Shown: positions 17,961 to 28,910, counted from the first letter of the stretch. The stretch is DNA of 52,177 nt from Candidatus Hydrogenedentota bacterium (GCA_034408725.1 JAWXCN010000161.1:1-52177), one strand, 5' to 3'. The notes: generated by a model from the letters alone, not told the origin. A program made the numbers and translations.

Positions 17961-18148
17961 AAAGCGAGTTCCTTCATCTGATAATCCTCCGGCACGTCCT
18001 CCAGAACCATCATCCGATAGGCGTCGCGCATGTTCTCTTCTAATTCCTCAAGCGTTTCCCCCTGTGTCATGATGTCAGGAAGCTCCAGGAACTTGCCGAG
18101 CCAGAAATGCTCGCCCTTCCAATAGATCATCGTCAATTGTTTGTCCAT
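17957..18148 (-). CDS. hicB: Short HicB family antitoxin
   Basis: ELPDIMTQGETLEELEENMRDA; 4-nt overlap with hicA. Confidence 0.9.
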   Translation of the reverse strand: MDKQLTMIYWKGEHFWLGKFLELPDIMTQGETLEELEENMRDAYRMMVLEDVPEDYQMKELAL

Positions 18149-18252
18149 GATTCCTCGCCGATGGCTAATTCCCATGCTTTCCGAATTCCACCCAAATTGT
18201 ACCTCACAGCGGCATCATCGCGGAATTCCACGGAGCGCGGATTTCCAACCCG

Positions 18253-18369
18253 CTGTATTTGAATCGCGAGGACGCGGGAGGGCGCCGCCTCCCCGCGTGG
18301 CATCTTTGACTTCAGCCCCTCTCTGTATTTGAATCGCGCGGCGCGGGAGGGCGCGCGTCCCCGCGCGCC
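18253..18369 (+). repeat. Tandem duplicated GGAG-type REP-like palindromes
   Basis: CTGTATTTGAATCGCG..GCGGGAGGGCGC...CCCCGCG twice; hairpin GGCGCGCG-TCCC-CGCGCGCC. Confidence 0.7.
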
Positions 18370-18446
18370 TAATTAGCACAAAAGCCGCGAGCTTAAAGCC
18401 TTTTTATTTCTTTCGTGTTCCTTAGCGGCTATGCGTTAGATGTTTT

Positions 18447-18513
18447 ATCTGTGTTCATCGTTATCCATCGGTGGTTCAAATCTTCATCTGCGAAAATCTG
18501 CGTCATCTGCGGA
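18447..18513. repeat. Inverted-sense ACCGAT- and CAGAT-type arms
   Basis: ATCTGTGTTCATCGTTATCCATCGGTGGTT and ATCTGCGAAAATCTGCGTCATCTGCGGA; near copies of 17472-17520. Confidence 0.8.
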
Positions 18514-18523
18514 CGCTCGGTAT

Positions 18524-19060
18524 TCATCCCCGCCACTCCGTCTCCAACATCCCAAACACCACCGTGTCCCACCACCGATCCCTCATCCACTCCTTCTCCC
18601 GCAACACGCCTTCCCGCCGCATGCCGATCTTCTCCAGCACACGCGCCGACCCGGCGTTCTCCGCGACACACCACGCCGCGATCCGGTGCAACCCTAACGT
18701 CCCAAACCCGAACTCCACCATCGCCCGCGCCGCCTCCGTCGCGTACCCTCGCCCCCAATGCTCCGGCGCAATCTCGTAGCCCAGCTCCGCCTCATGCGCG
18801 TCCGCCCGCGCCTTCCGTATCCCGCAATTGCCAATCAACTCCTGCGTCCCGCGCAACACAATCGCGACCTGAAACTCCACCCGCGGCCCGACCAACTGCT
18901 GCGCAACAAACTGTTCCACCATCTGCCGCACATCCTCCGGCTTCCGCGCATCCCACCGCGTGTACCGCAAATAACGCCCATCCGACTGATACGCCAATAC
19001 CGCCGGCCAGTCGTCGGGGACGAATTCGCGGAGGAGGAGACGGTTGGTTGTGAGTTCCAT
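18524..19060 (-). CDS. RimJ/RimL-type GNAT acetyltransferase
   Basis: LTTNRLLLREF, ELGY, WGRGYATEAA, N.GSARVLEKIGM.REG. Confidence 0.93.
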   Translation of the reverse strand: MELTTNRLLLREFVPDDWPAVLAYQSDGRYLRYTRWDARKPEDVRQMVEQFVAQQLVGPRVEFQVAIVLRGTQELIGNCGIRKARADAHEAELGYEIAPEHWGRGYATEAARAMVEFGFGTLGLHRIAAWCVAENAGSARVLEKIGMRREGVLREKEWMRDRWWDTVVFGMLETEWRG

Positions 19061-19250
19061 TGCGTCAATGCCTTCGTGTCTTGATCCTATGCGCAATTCT
19101 AATCGATGAATACCCGCATGGAAACTTACGCCCCTGCGCACTCGCGCCGGTGTCACCTAGCAAGCTGGGAGATCTCGTCTGAGCACACCGAGTTAGTAGT
19201 TCGCCCGCCTTAGAATGTAGACTTCTAAAAAACGTGGAGAAGTTTGGAAG

Positions 19251-22200
19251 ATGACATTTACTCTGGATTGGAAGTCCATCCGCGTTCTGAACCGTTCGCA
19301 GGCCGACGGCTTTCAGGCGCTATGTGTACAGCTGGCGGAAGCAGAAACTCCAATACGGAAGGATTTTAACCCGAAAGGTTCGCCGGACGCAGGTGTCGAA
19401 TGTCTGACGATATTTGAGGATGATAGCGAATGGGGATGGCAATCCAAGTTTTTCGACACATTAGGGAGTGCGCAATGGTCGCAGATTGACGAATCGGTCA
19501 AAACAGCGCTAGAAAAACACCCACGCCTTGTTAAATATCTCGTCTGCGTACCATTGAATCGTTCCGATCCACGCATTAAGGGTCGAAAATCAGCCCAAGA
19601 GAAATGGGACGACCACGTACGAAAGTGGAAGAATTGGGCTGCTCAACTGAATATGGATGTGAAATTCGTCTGGTGGGGCGAGCATGAGCTTCTTGAACGG
19701 CTATCCCAAACCAAACACATTGGCCGTGTATTCTTTTGGTTCGGAAAGCGTGGCTTCGATTTGGAGTGGTTTGATCAGCGCCTCAGAGAAGCGATAAAGG
19801 TCGCTGGACCGCGCTATACCCCCGAAGTTCATGTGACCCTGCCAATCGCGGGCCAGTTTGAAGCTTTTGGACGCACTGAGATTTTCTTCAATGCAATTAA
19901 AGCGAGAATTAAGGATATACGAAGTGAAATCCGCAGACTAAAATATATCGCAGAAAAACCCCTCAATGAACTTGTTGATTCTCAAATCTCAACCTTCTGG
20001 GATCAAGCAAACGCGCTCTTGCCGTACTTTTCTCTTATCGCCCCTGTCCCGACGGGTCCTCTACATTTTACTGAACTATTGTGTGCGTTAGAAGCGGCAA
20101 TACAAAGCTGTTCATTATTGCAGTCCGAACTGTTCAATCGCGAAATGGAATACAGCCATGAGAAGGAAACTCGCGAGCGAGGATTTCACTACGCAAACCC
20201 ATACAGCGAGCGAAGATACAGTATCATGTCTTTCTTGGCAATCCTTGAGGACGTTCGAGAACAAATAAGGTACTCCGTCAGTCTCGCAGAGGCCAACGTA
20301 CTGATCGTCACCGGACGGGCTGGGACAGGAAAAACCCATCTTCTGTGCGACCTAACCACTAACCGCCTCAAGGCGGGCATGCCCACCTTAATTTTGTTGG
20401 GGCAATGGTTTCAGGGTCAGACAACCCTTGGACGCAAATGGCCCACATGATTGGTATCCCAGGAGCAAATGCCGAGGAAATAATTGGTTCCCTTGAATGT
20501 GCAGCTCAGATTGCTGGATGCAGGGCAGTACTGATTATCGACGCGATTAATGAAGGAAATGGGCGCATTCTATGGCCGGCGCATCTATCTTCATTTTTAT
20601 CCCGTATAGAGCGATCTCCGTGGATCGCTACGGTCTTATCAGTGCGCACTCCTTATGAAGACATAGTCGACCCCGATCACACAGCTCGCGACCTTGCAAT
20701 CACTTTAGTCCATGAAGGGTTTGCAGATCACGAGTACAACGCCATTAAAACGTTCTTCACGTATTATCGCCTAGAGCTTCCGTCGACACCAATGTTAGTC
20801 CCCGAATATAGCAATCCCCTTTTTCTAAAGACGTTATGTAAGGGCCTTGAAATGATGGGTGAGCACAGATTACCACGCGGCTTCCACGGACTATCTCAGA
20901 TATTCGGACTATACATAGAGGGGGCAAACAGACGCCTTTCAGCTCAATTAGATTTTGACCCAAATGACAACTTAGTCCTTGACGCGTTAAAAGCCTTTAG
21001 TGGTGCTTTAGCAATTGAGGGGAAGCGTTGGATACCAAGAACTGAAGCTCTAACTTTAGTTAATCGACTTCTTCCCGGGCGAAACCATTCCACATCCCTT
21101 TATCGCGGATTGATAACAGAAGGTCTACTACTAGAGGATGCGATCTATGCCGCACCGAACGGCGTGACGGAGGTGGTTCAGATTTCATATGAACGATTTG
21201 CGGACCACTTACTTGCGCGAAATCTGATCGAAACGCACGTACATGAGCTAAATCCAAGCAAGGCTTTTGTTTTGGAGGCTCCGCTTGCAGTCTTTCGCGA
21301 TCCCAAATGTCGCGTTCCGTCCGGCATCATTGAATCATTTTGCATGCAGCTTCCAGAACTTCGGCATGCGGAACTTACCGATTTAGCACCAGAGCTCTAT
21401 GATAGATGGGGTTTTCGCGATATCTTTCGCCAGAGCCTAATTTGGCGTGATTCTAATGCTTTCACCGATGCCACACTTGATGCGATAAGGAGATGCTCGA
21501 CTAACGAGCATGACCATCATGATATGTTGGAGGTCCTTTTAACGTGCGCCACGCTCCCCAAACACCCATTGAATGCATTGTTTCTCGACAAAACTCTTAG
21601 GCGACAAAAGTTGCCGGATCGTGATGCATGGTGGAGTACTTTTCTGCACAAGAGTTATCAAACAAATGGTGCAATCGATCGTTTACTTCATTGGACAAAG
21701 ACACTTTTGCCGAACACGCCACTGTCTGATGAATCCACAGACTTATGCGCAATAACACTTGCTTGGATGCTTACATCTTCAAATAGATTTCTCAGGGACA
21801 AAACTACTAAGGCTTTAGTAATCCTCTTGACATCTCGTTTGCCTGCTGCAATTCGGCTGATTGAGCGATTCTCAGAAATCGACGATCTTTATATTTCGGA
21901 ACGTATTTATGCCGTGGCATACGGGGTTGCAATGCGGTGTAACGACGCCCTCCTGGTAGGAACTATGGCTCAAACCATTTATGACCTTGTATTCACGAAC
22001 GGGTTGCCGCCACCACATATTCTTTTGCGCGATTATGCTCGGGGCACAGTTGAGCGTGCGCTGCACCTAGGCGCCGATATCAGAATTGACGAGACGTTAT
22101 TTCGACCGCCGTATTCAAGTCGATGGCCGCGAATTTCGTCTAAGAGGAAAATCGAATTGCTAGTCGACGATGATGATGATGCTCGTCGTGCATTTCATCT

Positions 22201-23818
22201 AGGAGACTATGGCCGTAGAGAGGTAATCAGGTCGGTTACCAATGACGATTTTGCAACATATGTGATAGGATACAATTCTGATTGGTTACCTTTGCGTCTG
22301 ACGAAACCACGATGGACTTCTGCCCGAGAGCGCGAGGTTTCACTAATTAAAGAGTTTTCAGCGGCGGAAAATAAAGCGTGGAATGACTATAGAAACTCGG
22401 AATCATCAATGCACGGCCATGCATGGCAAAAATTCCAAGGCTACCTTGATCAGGGGCGTAATGCGGGTAACTCTAACCATGAGCGGGCCTCAGCAAAAAC
22501 TGCATTTATTAAATCTCAAAAGAGTCTATTCGCGACCCTAACTAAAGAACACGCAGTTGCTGCAAAGTGCTTAATGAGGATGCGCAATGGTCACATGCCG
22601 CCGCGTTTTGATCATCGAATATTGCAACGCTATATCATTTCGCGAGTCTTTAACTTGGGCTGGACAGCGAAAAGATTCGGGTACTTTGACACTCATGAAA
22701 TCCGGCCAGTTGGTCGCGAGGCGAGAAAAGCGGAACGTATAGGTAAAAAATATCAATGGATTGCCTATCACGAGATATTGGCGTTTATGTCCGATCACTT
22801 CCAGTTCAGAGACAATTTTCATGGAGAAGAATCTGTTTTTCCCTATGACGGTCCATGGCAAAACAACGAGCGAGACATTGACCCATCTTGTACACTTTCA
22901 ACAGCTGTGGGTGGTACCGTGTGGGCTTCTCACGCTCGAAATTGGTGGTGCGACATTGTATATGACGATTGGGGTTCCAGCGATTACGTCACATGGAGCA
23001 AACGTAATGACGTTCCTTCAATCCCGCAGTTGCTTTGTGTGAAGGAGCCGCAAAGTAACAATACATGGTTGAATTTGAATGGACATTTAAGGTGGAACCG
23101 TACAGAAAAAGAAGAATTCGACCATGAGGAAGACGAGCGACGTGATTTGGTAATATTTGTCGAGGCTTTTCTCGTGCGGCAGACTGACGCTGGGGATTTT
23201 ATTAGCTGGGCAAAGAAGATTAGCACTTGGGGCCGATTTTGGCGCGATTCACCATCGGTTTTCGGAATGTTTCTAGGAGAGTATGCCTGGTCCGCTGCGT
23301 CCGAGTACTTCCAGCGACCATATTTTGGCGACGTAGGTTGGAGAAGACCCGAGGGTGATTGCCCCGTGGAACTCCGGCATACGTCAGTAGGCTATAGTGC
23401 CGCTTTGAGTAGCTACGACTGTTCTATCGATGATAGCTTTACGTTGAGATTGCCGATAACAGACATTCTTAATGGAATGAACTTGCGCTGGACTGGACGC
23501 GGAGCAGAGTTCGCTAACGAATCCTCGGCTATCATAGCCTTTGACCCAACTGCCGATGCGCCAGGGCCAGGCGCACTTTTGATTCGAGAAAGAGAATTCA
23601 CGCACTTCCTTAAGAAAAATGGATACACGGTATGTTGGGCACTTTTTGGGGAAAAGGCGGCTCACGGACCAGGATTAGTCGACGGATACTATGCTGCATT
23701 AAAATTCTTGGGAGCCTATACACTAACCGATCAAGGAATCGCAGGTTTTACACAACCTGTTCAACACATCAATGCAGCCAAGCGTGGAATCCCAATTGTC
23801 ACAAATTACGTTACGTAA
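19251..23818 (+). pseudogene. Avs (AVAST)-like STAND NTPase with N-terminal restriction-endonuclease-like domain, split by a frameshift at ~20410
   Basis: N-terminal DAGVE...WGWQSKFF; Walker A GRAGTGKT in ORF 19251-20450, Walker B LIIDAINE in ORF 20405-23818; ERIGKKYQWIA; visibly AT-richer than flanks. Confidence 0.8.
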
Positions 23819-23844
23819 CGTAACCCATAGCCGGTATAACGTTT

Positions 23845-23970
23845 TCACTGCCGCCCCGCCGACAACTCCGCAATCATCGCCTCCATTCTCTCCAACCGCT
23901 TCGCCATTGCTTCCAGCAAATCTTCCTTCTCGGGTTGTTCCGGTTCGAGGAACCATGTTGCGGCGAGGCC
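23845..23970 (-). pseudogene. 3' gene remnant (coiled-coil tail, possibly of a small ion-channel gene)
   Basis: LAATWFLEPEQPEKEDLLEAMAKRLERMEAMIAEL; diverged second copy at 25011-25092. Confidence 0.4.
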
Positions 23971-24060
23971 GTGCGCAGAGTCGGGTATTGGGTCTAGCGG
24001 CCGATTTCTCGTTAGTCGGCGGATGGTCATCGGCGCGAACGACCGCCAGAACACGTCGTC

Positions 24061-24101
24061 TTGCGTCACGCCAAAGCTTTCGGTATGATAATAAGTCATA
24101 C
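24061..24101 (+). promoter_or_regulatory. TA operon promoter with inverted-repeat operator
   Basis: TTGCGT-17-TATGAT; GTATGA-N7-TCATAC (24083-24101). Confidence 0.65.
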
Positions 24102-24110
24102 TAAAGGAAT

Positions 24111-24359
24111 ATGATCATGAGCCGGACGAAAGTGGCGATAACGCTGGAACGAACCACCCTCGCCGAAGTGGACGCGTTGGTTGCGCGGCGTGTGTTTCCG
24201 AACCGGAGCCGCGCGATTCAGGAGGCGGTGCAGGAAAAACTGGGGCGCATGAGCCGCAACCGGCTCGCGCGTGAGTGCGCGAAGCTCGATCCCGGCTACG
24301 AGAAAGCGCTCGCGGAGGAAGGGCTGTCTGAGGACGCGTCGTCGTGGCCCGAATACTGA
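24111..24359 (+). CDS. Ribbon-helix-helix antitoxin
   Basis: KVAITL...LAEVDALV....[12 protein letters not shown]; overlaps mazF-like gene. Confidence 0.9.
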   Translation: MIMSRTKVAITLERTTLAEVDALVARRVFPNRSRAIQEAVQEKLGRMSRNRLARECAKLDPGYEKALAEEGLSEDASSWPEY

Positions 24360-24682
24360 GGGGCGAGATTCGCTGGTCCGATCTAAACCCAACCGTCGGA
24401 CATGAGCAGGGCGGGCACCGGCCCGTCCTGATTCTCAGTCACGATATTTTCAACGAACACTCCGGCACCGTCATCGCCCTCGCGCTGACCAGCCAGGAGC
24501 CGCTCGCCGGGTTCCCGCTCACCCACGAACTCGCCAATGCGAAACTCCCGAAGCGATCCTGGGCGAAAATCAGTCAGATTCGAACGCTGTCAGTTGATCG
24601 CATTGGCGCTAAGATCGCCAAGGCCCATCCCGACGAACTCGCGCGCATTATCGAAGGGCTGAACGAAATCATTGGCGAATAG
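24344..24682 (+). CDS. mazF: PemK/MazF family toxin
   Basis: [37 protein letters not shown]. Confidence 0.95.
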   Translation: MARILRGEIRWSDLNPTVGHEQGGHRPVLILSHDIFNEHSGTVIALALTSQEPLAGFPLTHELANAKLPKRSWAKISQIRTLSVDRIGAKIAKAHPDELARIIEGLNEIIGE

Positions 24683-24696
24683 CGATGAGTCAAACT

Positions 24697-24886
24697 CAAC
24701 CACCGATGAATGCCGATAAATACCGATAATAGGGAGGGCGCGCGTCCACTCTTTCTGGTTCCCAAATTTCTATTTGGGAAACCTCGCTCTTGAAAAGCTC
24801 CGCTTTGAGTCTTGATTCCTGATTAGTCAATGCGTCAAAGCAGCGCTTTTCGGGAATGCATTCCCAAATGGAAATTTGGGAACGAG
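24697..24886. repeat. ACCGAT-type arm, truncated GGAG REP, and REPIN-like inverted pair of palindromes
   Basis: CAACCACCGATGAATGCCGATAAATACCGAT; TTCCCAAAT-TTCT-ATTTGGGAA (24759-24780) and TTCCCAAAT-GGAA-ATTTGGGAA (24861-24882) with internal complementary segments. Confidence 0.75.
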
Positions 24887-25010
24887 TGGGAAAAAAGAAA
24901 GGCCCCCCAAAGTGAGCGTGCTTGCACAGAGGCTTGCTAAAGTAAATTTAGCCACTCCATTTAGTTTTGTCAACCGGTCTCAATGTATTCAGATTTACAA
25001 ATAAAGTAAT

Positions 25011-25092
25011 TCATCCCCGGCCCGCCGCCAACTCCGCGATCTTCGCCTCCATCTTTCCATCCACTTCGCCATCGCCGCCAGCGAATCTTCCT
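25011..25092 (-). repeat. Diverged direct copy of 23845-23927 gene remnant
   Basis: Aligns by eye with one gap. Confidence 0.75.
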
Positions 25093-25139
25093 GCACCGCC
25101 ACGCGCTTTCGGATGGGCGTGACAGTTTGCAGCTTCCGC

Positions 25140-25168
25140 TTGACATATATATCTGCTGCGGATATAGT
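25140..25168 (+). promoter_or_regulatory. Sigma70 promoter with PadR-like operator
   Basis: TTGACA-17-TATAGT; TATATC-N7-GATATA palindrome 25148-25166. Confidence 0.8.
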
Positions 25169-25176
25169 ATGAGGCC

Positions 25177-25545
25177 ATGGCCAAGAAGGACATATCCCAT
25201 ACGCCCCTCACCCCTGCAGTGCTGCATATCCTCCTCGCGCTGTCCACGCAGGAACGGCACGGGTACGGCATCATGAAAAAGGTGGAGGCCGATTCGGAGG
25301 GGAAGGTGAAGATGGGGCCGGGCACGTTGTACGGCTCGATTGGCCGGATGATCGAAGCGGGATTGATTCGCGGGAGCGACAAGAAGATCGACCCGGCATT
25401 GGACGACGAGCGGCGCATTTATTACGCGATCACCGGGCTTGGACAACAGGCGCTCGCGGCGGAATTGGAGCGGTACCGCGCCGTCGTGGCGGTAGCAAAA
25501 CAGAAACGGCTCCTGCCGAAGACATGGGTGCATGACGGCCTCTAA
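25177..25545 (+). CDS. PadR family transcriptional regulator
   Basis: ILLALS..ERHGYGIM, GPGTLY, RRIYYAITGLG. Confidence 0.95.
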   Translation: MAKKDISHTPLTPAVLHILLALSTQERHGYGIMKKVEADSEGKVKMGPGTLYGSIGRMIEAGLIRGSDKKIDPALDDERRIYYAITGLGQQALAAELERYRAVVAVAKQKRLLPKTWVHDGL

Positions 25546-25566
25546 AAAGGCCAACTGATCGAGTAT

Positions 25567-25594
25567 TCGATTACGAGCACGAGCACGAGCACGA
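25567..25594. repeat. Solo GATTAC(GAGCAC)3 repeat arm
   Basis: TCGATTACGAGCACGAGCACGAGCACGA. Confidence 0.8.
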
Positions 25595-25651
25595 ATGTGA
25601 GGCTGTGGCATATCCTCAAATTGATGCAGTCGTACGAATGTGGATTGACCT

Positions 25652-26461
25652 GTGGACAAGAAATCGGAACACTCCATACGCCGGTACCGGCGCTGGTACG
25701 CGACGCTGTTGCGCCTCTATTCGAAGCCGTACCACGAGCGCTTCAGCGAGGAGATGGAGCAAACCTTTACCGATCAGCTTCGGGAACGCGCGGCGGACGA
25801 GCGGGGCGTAGTGCGTTGCGCGCTCTGGATGTTCGCAGAAACCTTTATGGGAATTGTGAGACAAAACATGTCCAGCACCATGATGAAAAACAAGCGCATC
25901 GTCGTGATTGTGTTCGTGGTCGCGTGCATCTTGATGGCGCCCTTCGTCGCGATGCAGTTCACCGACGAAGTTACGTGGAGCCTCTTAGATTTCGTTGCCG
26001 CGGGCGGCCTTCTCTTGGGCGCGGGCCTCACCTACGAATTCATATCGCGGTTGGCGGGCAACACTGCGTACAAGGCCGCCGTTGCCGTGGCGGTCGCGAC
26101 GGGCCTGATCCTCGTCTGGATCAATCTCGCCGTGGGGATCATCGGGTCGGAAAACAACTCCGCCAACCTTATGTATTTTGGGGTGCTCCAAATCGGATTC
26201 ATCGGGGCCATCATCGCGCGCCTGCAGCCGCGCGGCATGGCGCGCGCCATGTATGCGACCGCGATCGGGCAAGCCCTGGCGCCGGTGATTGCGCTGTTCA
26301 TGTGGAATGCCCAGGGCGTTTCCGCCGCGACATTCTTCGGTGGCGCGGGCGTGCTGGGCGTGTTCGTTCTGAATACCTTCTTCGTCGCAATGTGGATCGC
26401 ATCGGCCACGCTCTTTCACAGTGCGCGGGTGAAGCCAAAGGAAACCGCATTGCCGGGGTGA
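25652..26461 (+). CDS. PadR-associated multi-pass membrane protein
   Basis: YATLLRLYSKPYHERFSEEMEQTF N-terminal motif typical of PadR neighbours; about 6 TM segments. Confidence 0.8.
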   Translation: MDKKSEHSIRRYRRWYATLLRLYSKPYHERFSEEMEQTFTDQLRERAADERGVVRCALWMFAETFMGIVRQNMSSTMMKNKRIVVIVFVVACILMAPFVAMQFTDEVTWSLLDFVAAGGLLLGAGLTYEFISRLAGNTAYKAAVAVAVATGLILVWINLAVGIIGSENNSANLMYFGVLQIGFIGAIIARLQPRGMARAMYATAIGQALAPVIALFMWNAQGVSAATFFGGAGVLGVFVLNTFFVAMWIASATLFHSARVKPKETALPG

Positions 26462-26771
26462 CAAGATATCGGAAATAATTGGCGCACGGGCTAGTCAGCC
26501 CTGGTACGGCATGCGCGGTGCGGCCAATAGCAAAGCTACGAAATCCCCTTAAAACCCCTTGAAATAATCGGCAGGGTTCCGGCTCAGTTACTGCAACGCC
26601 GTAGGCGAAAGTATAGCGTCTCGCGTGCGAGGCAGGTTCGCGATCGCACGTTTTTGGAGTGCGGTTGAAGAGAAGCACCGCCGCGGGAGGGTGCGTTTGG
26701 TGGTTAGAATGCGCTGCCGGGAGCAGACCTTCCGTGCTATATTCGTAATCATGTACGCCTTCCCGAGGTCC

Positions 26772-28241
26772 ATGCGCCACTTTTCCATATTTTCAGTGCT
26801 TTTGATTGGCTGCACCGCGTTCGCGCAAGTCTCAACGGCGTTGCAGGCACAGAAAACTGTGGAACTTATCGCCAAGTTCGGGGATGTTGACGCAAACGTT
26901 CGGCGAATAGCGGTGATGGACCTCGTGAAAATGGATGCTGTCGCAGTCCCATCATTGCTTGAAGCGCTGGATAGCGCAGAAGATAAAACGGCACGCTATG
27001 CCGCTGACGCGCTTGTCGGCATAGGGCAAAATGCAATGCCCGGTTTAATCGCTGCTTTTGAAAGTGCTAGCAAAAGGTCGCAATTCCGCATCGTGCGTAT
27101 CTGGTCCAGACTTGGCCCGATCGCTAAAGACGCGGCGCCTCCGCTAATTCTGCTTTATGATGAAAATGCGGAGATGCGTCGCGCCGCAATTTTTGCGCTT
27201 GCCAGCATTGGACCTGAGAGCAGTGAGGCCACGCGAAAGCTGCTTGAAGTTCAGCATGGTAGCGATAAGGATGCTCGTTCCACGGCAATATTCGCGCTCG
27301 AGAATGCCGCTCGCGACGCCAGGAGTTTGATCGATTCAGTCTCATCTCTTCCCTTTGATGTGAGCAACGCTTTAGCTGCTGTAGATTATGAAAAGCTATG
27401 TGAGGAGGAAGCAACGTCAACACAGTATCGGGATGATACGGCCGAACTGGTCTATTCAGTCAATCGGAAAAGCATCCCGAGCGATATGGAAGGGTTTTGT
27501 CATTACGAAGTAACAATCCAATTCGAAGGAAGCCCCAAGGCCATCTTTCTTGCCCGGCTTCGTGTTCCGATACCCGATTTCATTTATGGGCGTATGGGCA
27601 TTGCCGAAAGCACACTTTCTCTTGAGTCGTTGGAAAATGGCCGACTACTTCATCTTTACTGGCGCACATGCCCTATGGGACAGGGAACCAATACCATACA
27701 AACCCACCTGCTGCTTCGAAGGGAGGGTGAGTGTTGGGACGAAATATTCAGGGATACACAGGATTTTTACGGACGTGATGGGCCTTTGGTTCGATACACC
27801 TATCGGTACGATTCAGATTCTCTTGTCCTCTCAATCGAGGCAGAAGATTCTTCGGGACTTAATCGAGCATACCGCGACCCTACGCCAAGACTGCGTGAGG
27901 ACGCCGTCACCAGAGACGACGTAATTTTTATCACCGAATGGCGGTTTCGAGTTTCGAAAGACGAGTTGGAGTATCTTGGTGGCTCTCGCCGCGTCGACGT
28001 CGACCAACGCGCGTTGCACGTGTATTCCCCCCAGCTTGAAACTCGGACGCCACGCGAATTCAAGATTGAAAGCCTCGCCCGTTTTCTCTATCCGAACAAA
28101 ATAGAGGAGACTATTGAACGAATTCGTCAGCTCAATCCAACGCTGAAATCCAGTGATGTCTGCTCGGGCGTTGTCCTAATTGAGACTCATGTAAGATGGC
28201 GAGGCGCGAACGAGAAACACTATTACTCTATGGAGGAATAG
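26772..28241 (+). CDS. Exported HEAT-repeat protein with unknown C-terminal region
   Basis: Signal peptide MRHFSIFSVLLIG..AFA; VRR.A..L, R.AA.AL..IG..A.P.L HEAT units. Confidence 0.75.
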   Translation: MRHFSIFSVLLIGCTAFAQVSTALQAQKTVELIAKFGDVDANVRRIAVMDLVKMDAVAVPSLLEALDSAEDKTARYAADALVGIGQNAMPGLIAAFESASKRSQFRIVRIWSRLGPIAKDAAPPLILLYDENAEMRRAAIFALASIGPESSEATRKLLEVQHGSDKDARSTAIFALENAARDARSLIDSVSSLPFDVSNALAAVDYEKLCEEEATSTQYRDDTAELVYSVNRKSIPSDMEGFCHYEVTIQFEGSPKAIFLARLRVPIPDFIYGRMGIAESTLSLESLENGRLLHLYWRTCPMGQGTNTIQTHLLLRREGECWDEIFRDTQDFYGRDGPLVRYTYRYDSDSLVLSIEAEDSSGLNRAYRDPTPRLREDAVTRDDVIFITEWRFRVSKDELEYLGGSRRVDVDQRALHVYSPQLETRTPREFKIESLARFLYPNKIEETIERIRQLNPTLKSSDVCSGVVLIETHVRWRGANEKHYYSMEE

Positions 28242-28307
28242 CTACGATTCGGTGGGGCTGATTAATCACCACTGATGAAGGGCGGTGAACCCCGATAATT
28301 GCGATAC

Positions 28308-28332
28308 GGCGCGCGGGGACGCGCACCCTTCC
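28308..28332 (-). repeat. GGAG-type REP-like palindrome
   Basis: Reverse complement GGAAGGGTGCGCGTCCCCGCGCGCC, matching the copy ending at 18369. Confidence 0.7.
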
Positions 28333-28480
28333 GAGGCGTGTCGGTGGTTAAATCAATCCAGGGCGGAATTAGAAATAAATATGATATGTTATGTTCCTGC
28401 CGGTGTATGGGTTGTACGCCGGGCGCGTGCTGCGGCGTTGTGTGGTCTCGAACTAAAGCGATCTATGGGAGGAAAGCGTC

Positions 28481-28561
28481 ATGACGATTCTCGAACAACT
28501 CATCCGATTTATCCGAATTCTTCTTCTCCTACTATCCGGCGGGCCATTCGTGCGCGCGTAG
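28481..28561 (+). CDS. Possible 26-aa hydrophobic peptide MTILEQLIRFIRILLLLLSGGPFVRA
   Basis: GGAGG 8 nt before ATG. Confidence 0.4.
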   Translation: MTILEQLIRFIRILLLLLSGGPFVRA

Positions 28562-28910
28562 CGCGCGAGTTTCTTAGCGCATGCTGTCGTCTTTAGTGCT
28601 CCGCGGACAGCCAGTTCGGGGCACTGGAGTTTCATGCTTCCGCATCGAACCAAGCCCCTCAGCGTGGCCACACTCCAGACTGCCGCGTCCGCTGCAACGC
28701 CCCGGTCATATCAGTAAGGGGTTCACGAGGGGCTAGCGTTTTATCGCCCCCTGGGCAGAAGTATCTCAGGCAGACGGAGAATTTTTCCGCGCAAACCGGC
28801 ATATTCGCACAATCCAGACTGTTCAAGGTGTTGCGCCCGTGTTCACGGATGCCCGGGCGCGTGGCAGTGGAAGGCAGCAGCATCTGTGGAAAACAGGAAG
28901 GAATTTCATC

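Noticed and set aside
17051-18513. CRISPR array
   Set aside because: Repeats are short-period, degenerate and in both orientations, with no regular unique spacers and no cas genes.
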